Source of the DNA: Thalia democratica
Taxonomy: Eukaryota
Length of the DNA: 64,000 nt
Direction: 5' to 3'
Assembly: GCA_965202585.1 (NCBI GenBank)
Contig: OZ241829.1
Location: forward strand, 24,986,001-25,050,000
Numbering within the stretch: position 1 is the stretch's first letter; the number at the start of each line of letters is the position of its first letter. Below the pieces are notes generated by a model. The model saw only the letters and a program-made list of their open reading frames with translations. It had not been told where the DNA came from and searched no databases. Positions 61,101 through 64,000 of the stretch are shown piece after piece. Both the position numbers and the translations under genes were made by a program.

Positions 61101-61695
61101 TGTCCTCTGTAATTTGCTAGTTTGTTTACTTGTGATCATCACTTTAGCGTGAAACAATTGTAAAGTAATAAACTCGATATAACTTTTGTCTTAATTGTAA
61201 AAAGGCTACTTAAGTGTGAAGCTCTCTAGAAATTTATTGTTTAAATCTCAAAATAGTACAAAACCATGCTTAATACAACAAAAAAACTTCTATAAACATT
61301 ATTCCAATTTAAGGCAATTAGTTATAATACCATTTTCAATAAAGATAAATTAGTGCAACCCTAATCTAAGATACTTGTCTAAATCAATATAACTCAGTAA
61401 ATCTTAAGAACCTATTTAAATAAAAAGGTGTAGATTAGTTTATCATTGTGTTTTTATTTTTCATGTGTAGCTTTTAATTTACATGTTACAGCCAGCTAAG
61501 TAGAATATATCCAAATGTGCTGAAAGTTTATTCTTTATATGCAAACCCCTTTAAGATTTGTTTTAAAAGATAAATAAATTCAAATATTTGTATATTAAAC
61601 ATAATTTTGTTTTTATTGTACAGTCAAAGAAAGGCTCTTAAAGTGAGGAAAATCGTGAAACTAATGCAGCAAAAAATTGAAGTTCTTAGTCAACG
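58175..61695 (+). pseudogene. Multi-exon relic of a divergent non-TALE, K50 homeobox gene (candidate exons 58175-58273, 58902-58981, 59196-59371, 59679-59828, 61624-61695)
   Basis: AG/GT-bounded segments with mutually compatible phases (0,2,0,2). Uncorrected frame KTGLRINQVNNWFK at 59751-59792. ETIYSLK|VLYKL gives the canonical Y8/L13/L16 spacing. A nonsense codon at 58977 and several small indels are present. Confidence 0.62.
58344..58408. repeat. Exact 31-bp tandem duplication
   Basis: atgctttgctaaacttgttttcattcataaa twice, followed by atg. Confidence 0.95.
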
Positions 61696-63329
61696 GTAAA
61701 TTTCAATTTTAAGTTTAACTCAAACAACTTAAAAAGTATTTAAAACTTAACACCCATAACAACTAAATAATGAAAAAAGTTTGTCTTGATAAAAGTTTAA
61801 TTATTTAGTACTACTTTAAATTTACTTAAACTATTTACACTAACGTTTAAAAAAATGACAAAATAAGCTTTAAATACCATTATAAATAATAAAAAATACA
61901 ACATAGTAGACTTAGTTAACATGAATCTTATTTTAAATAAAAGGTAATAAAATCCATTAGTAGAAACAAAGTTTATTCAAATAGCAACATAATTTTTCCA
62001 GCTTAGACAAAGAAAAAATAATTTAACGAAACAATCTATTTAAAACAATAAACCAAAAGTTGAAACAAGCTTGAGTTTATAAGCCAATTTATTTTAATAT
62101 TTTGTTTAATTAATTATATTTTATTTCAACATTAAGAAGACTAAAACAAATAAAAGTAATTTGATATTTTAACAAATAGTTTTTAAAGCTGAATGTTATT
62201 AAAAAAAACAATACAGAAATATTTTAAACGAGTGTTTAAAAAAAAGTAAAACCGTTTATAATTTACACTACTTTACAAAAAAACATTTTAAACATCTTGG
62301 CATAAATTAAATTCAAAATTTTTGAAATTGACGAAATATTTGCCAAACCTAAACATAAAATAAATAACATCATTAACACAGTGCTTCCGCACTTATCCGA
62401 CCTTGTTGAGCTTTTTTTGTAAATAAGCCCGTATTGGCCTTTTGTTAGATAAGAACAAAACATTGTTTCTTTCGTTAATCATTAATATTATGCAACAGAT
62501 ATAAAAAATATACACATGTGTTTATGTTAGTTTAATTTATTCAAATTTGAAAAGTTTAAAACCAATTTAACAAAAAAAATTACATCTTTAACAGATTAAC
62601 TTATATCGGAACTCTTTCTGAAAAATTAAAACAATGCAGGTTTGTTTGACATAATTTTCTAGTGTCTTAGTATAAAAACTCACGTAATCAGATAAGTTGT
62701 GAATTTTTAAACATGGTTTCTGGTGTTTTGTTTCGTCCGGTCGGTTGTGTACTCATGCTTAAGTATGCCCTGTCAATATTTTCAAATACGACATAATTTC
62801 ATCACAGTTTAAAATTTGATGTTTTGAGTAGACCTCAGTTTAATTTTCTTATATTTTTTTAGCGCGAAAAGTATGAATTGTAACATCAAGTTTAATTTTC
62901 ACTTAAGAACCACATACTAATATAAACTGTGTGCTTAGCTAATTTACTCAAACTAGACGTAGCCAGTTGTTCCTTTTATTATCCGGCCGTTTTAAGCAAT
63001 TTTTTTGTAATTAAGGCCGGATTAGCTTTCGACCATTTAAAAACAAATTTTAGCTTTTTTAAATGGTCAACCTTACTTATTAAAATTCAACTAGTATAAT
63101 AAAACGTACACTGTATTTTTATTTAGTTTTTTTTTAACTTTCTTCAACGAACCAAAGAAATATAATAGGCAGAAAAACTTTGATAAGTTAAAAAATAGTT
63201 CAACAAAAGAAGTTACACCATAAACAGTTTAAGTAATATTGGAACTTTTTCAAAAAAAATAATTGGGTTTTTTTTTGATAGAGCTTTCTCGTTTCATATC
63301 ATAAAACTCATGGATTTGAATAAGTTATG

Positions 63330-63520
63330 ACATACTTTCCGGTGTTGCTTCTGGTTGACAACAACGATCAGCCAGGTAATAATACATTTTCAGCGTGAGA
63401 ATGGACACTTAGATGATTTAGGAACAATATTTTTGCATTTCCAGTAAACAACAACTTTATTGTTCCACTGGTATTTGAACAGGCGTTTATTGTCACCCTG
63501 CCTTTTGCCTTTTTTGTTCC
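63330..63520 (-). mobile_element. Possible decayed WRKY/FLYWCH-type zinc finger of a MULE-like transposase
   Basis: The - strand reads RLFKYQWNNKVVVYWKCKNIVPKSSKCPFS (YWxC-x8-C), then stops/frameshifts and GKYVITYSNP. Motif resemblance only. Confidence 0.3.
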
Positions 63521-64000
63521 AACTGGTCGACTGTCTACTAATGCTAAGGTGCAATCTTGTTTGGTTACATAATAATTCAAGTTCGGGCAACTCTAATTCC
63601 GACAATTCAAATTCTTAAAAACATATTTAAAAGACTCAAATAGTTTAGATTGAAAAAGCGTGACCATACAAAATAGTCATAATTAAGTGTATTACAATTT
63701 ACAACAAGTTATTTTTTTTTCGCTACAGTGACTGATAGAAAATTGAAGGTCTTTGAAATTTATAATCGGGCATAGATGTATAAATTAATGAATAAGAAAT
63801 TTAAAAAAAAAACAACGACCCTTTAGAACACAGCAAAACAAGAATATCAAAAAAAAATATTTTCTGGCTAAAACATCGGTAAGAGTAAAATTTCCAAAAT
63901 AAAACAAATTTTTCTAAGGGGCGCCACTCAAAAATTCAAACCCCAACCCAATCATTTTTTTAATTAAAGGCAAAAGAGCGTTCTCTAGAAAAAAATATTA

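Noticed and set aside
1-64000. CRISPR arrays, rRNA, prokaryotic operons or intact transposase/RT ORFs
   Set aside because: No regularly spaced repeats, no rRNA signatures and no long ORFs; the sequence is intron-rich eukaryotic DNA.

Overview
AT-rich animal genomic DNA, read by eye with no database searches. The exon structure and motif content suggest an invertebrate chordate such as a tunicate, but that assignment is an inference. The window is dominated by one complete + strand TALE-class homeobox gene of the Meis/homothorax family. It has 11 well-supported coding exons (19099-44814) plus a probable first exon ending in ATG|GT at 4699-4701. All introns are GT-AG, their phases match vertebrate MEIS, and the joined ORF is 1602 nt (533 aa). 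The large introns hold many GC-richer islands that look regulatory: RFX X-boxes, five TGTGACGTCA sites, a DR2 retinoic-acid-response element (RARE), and Meis and Otx-type sites. They also contain a near-perfect 165-bp-arm foldback and a hAT-type MITE. Downstream (46-64 kb) are a degenerate hammerhead ribozyme, a perfect DR5 RARE, two more MITE-like elements, a compact orphan ORF and duplicated decayed coding segments. There is also a previously unrecognisable multi-exon relic carrying a divergent K50 homeodomain. No rRNA, tRNA or CRISPR array was found. Most ORFs in the supplied track are antisense or off-frame shadows of Meis exons, or chance ORFs.
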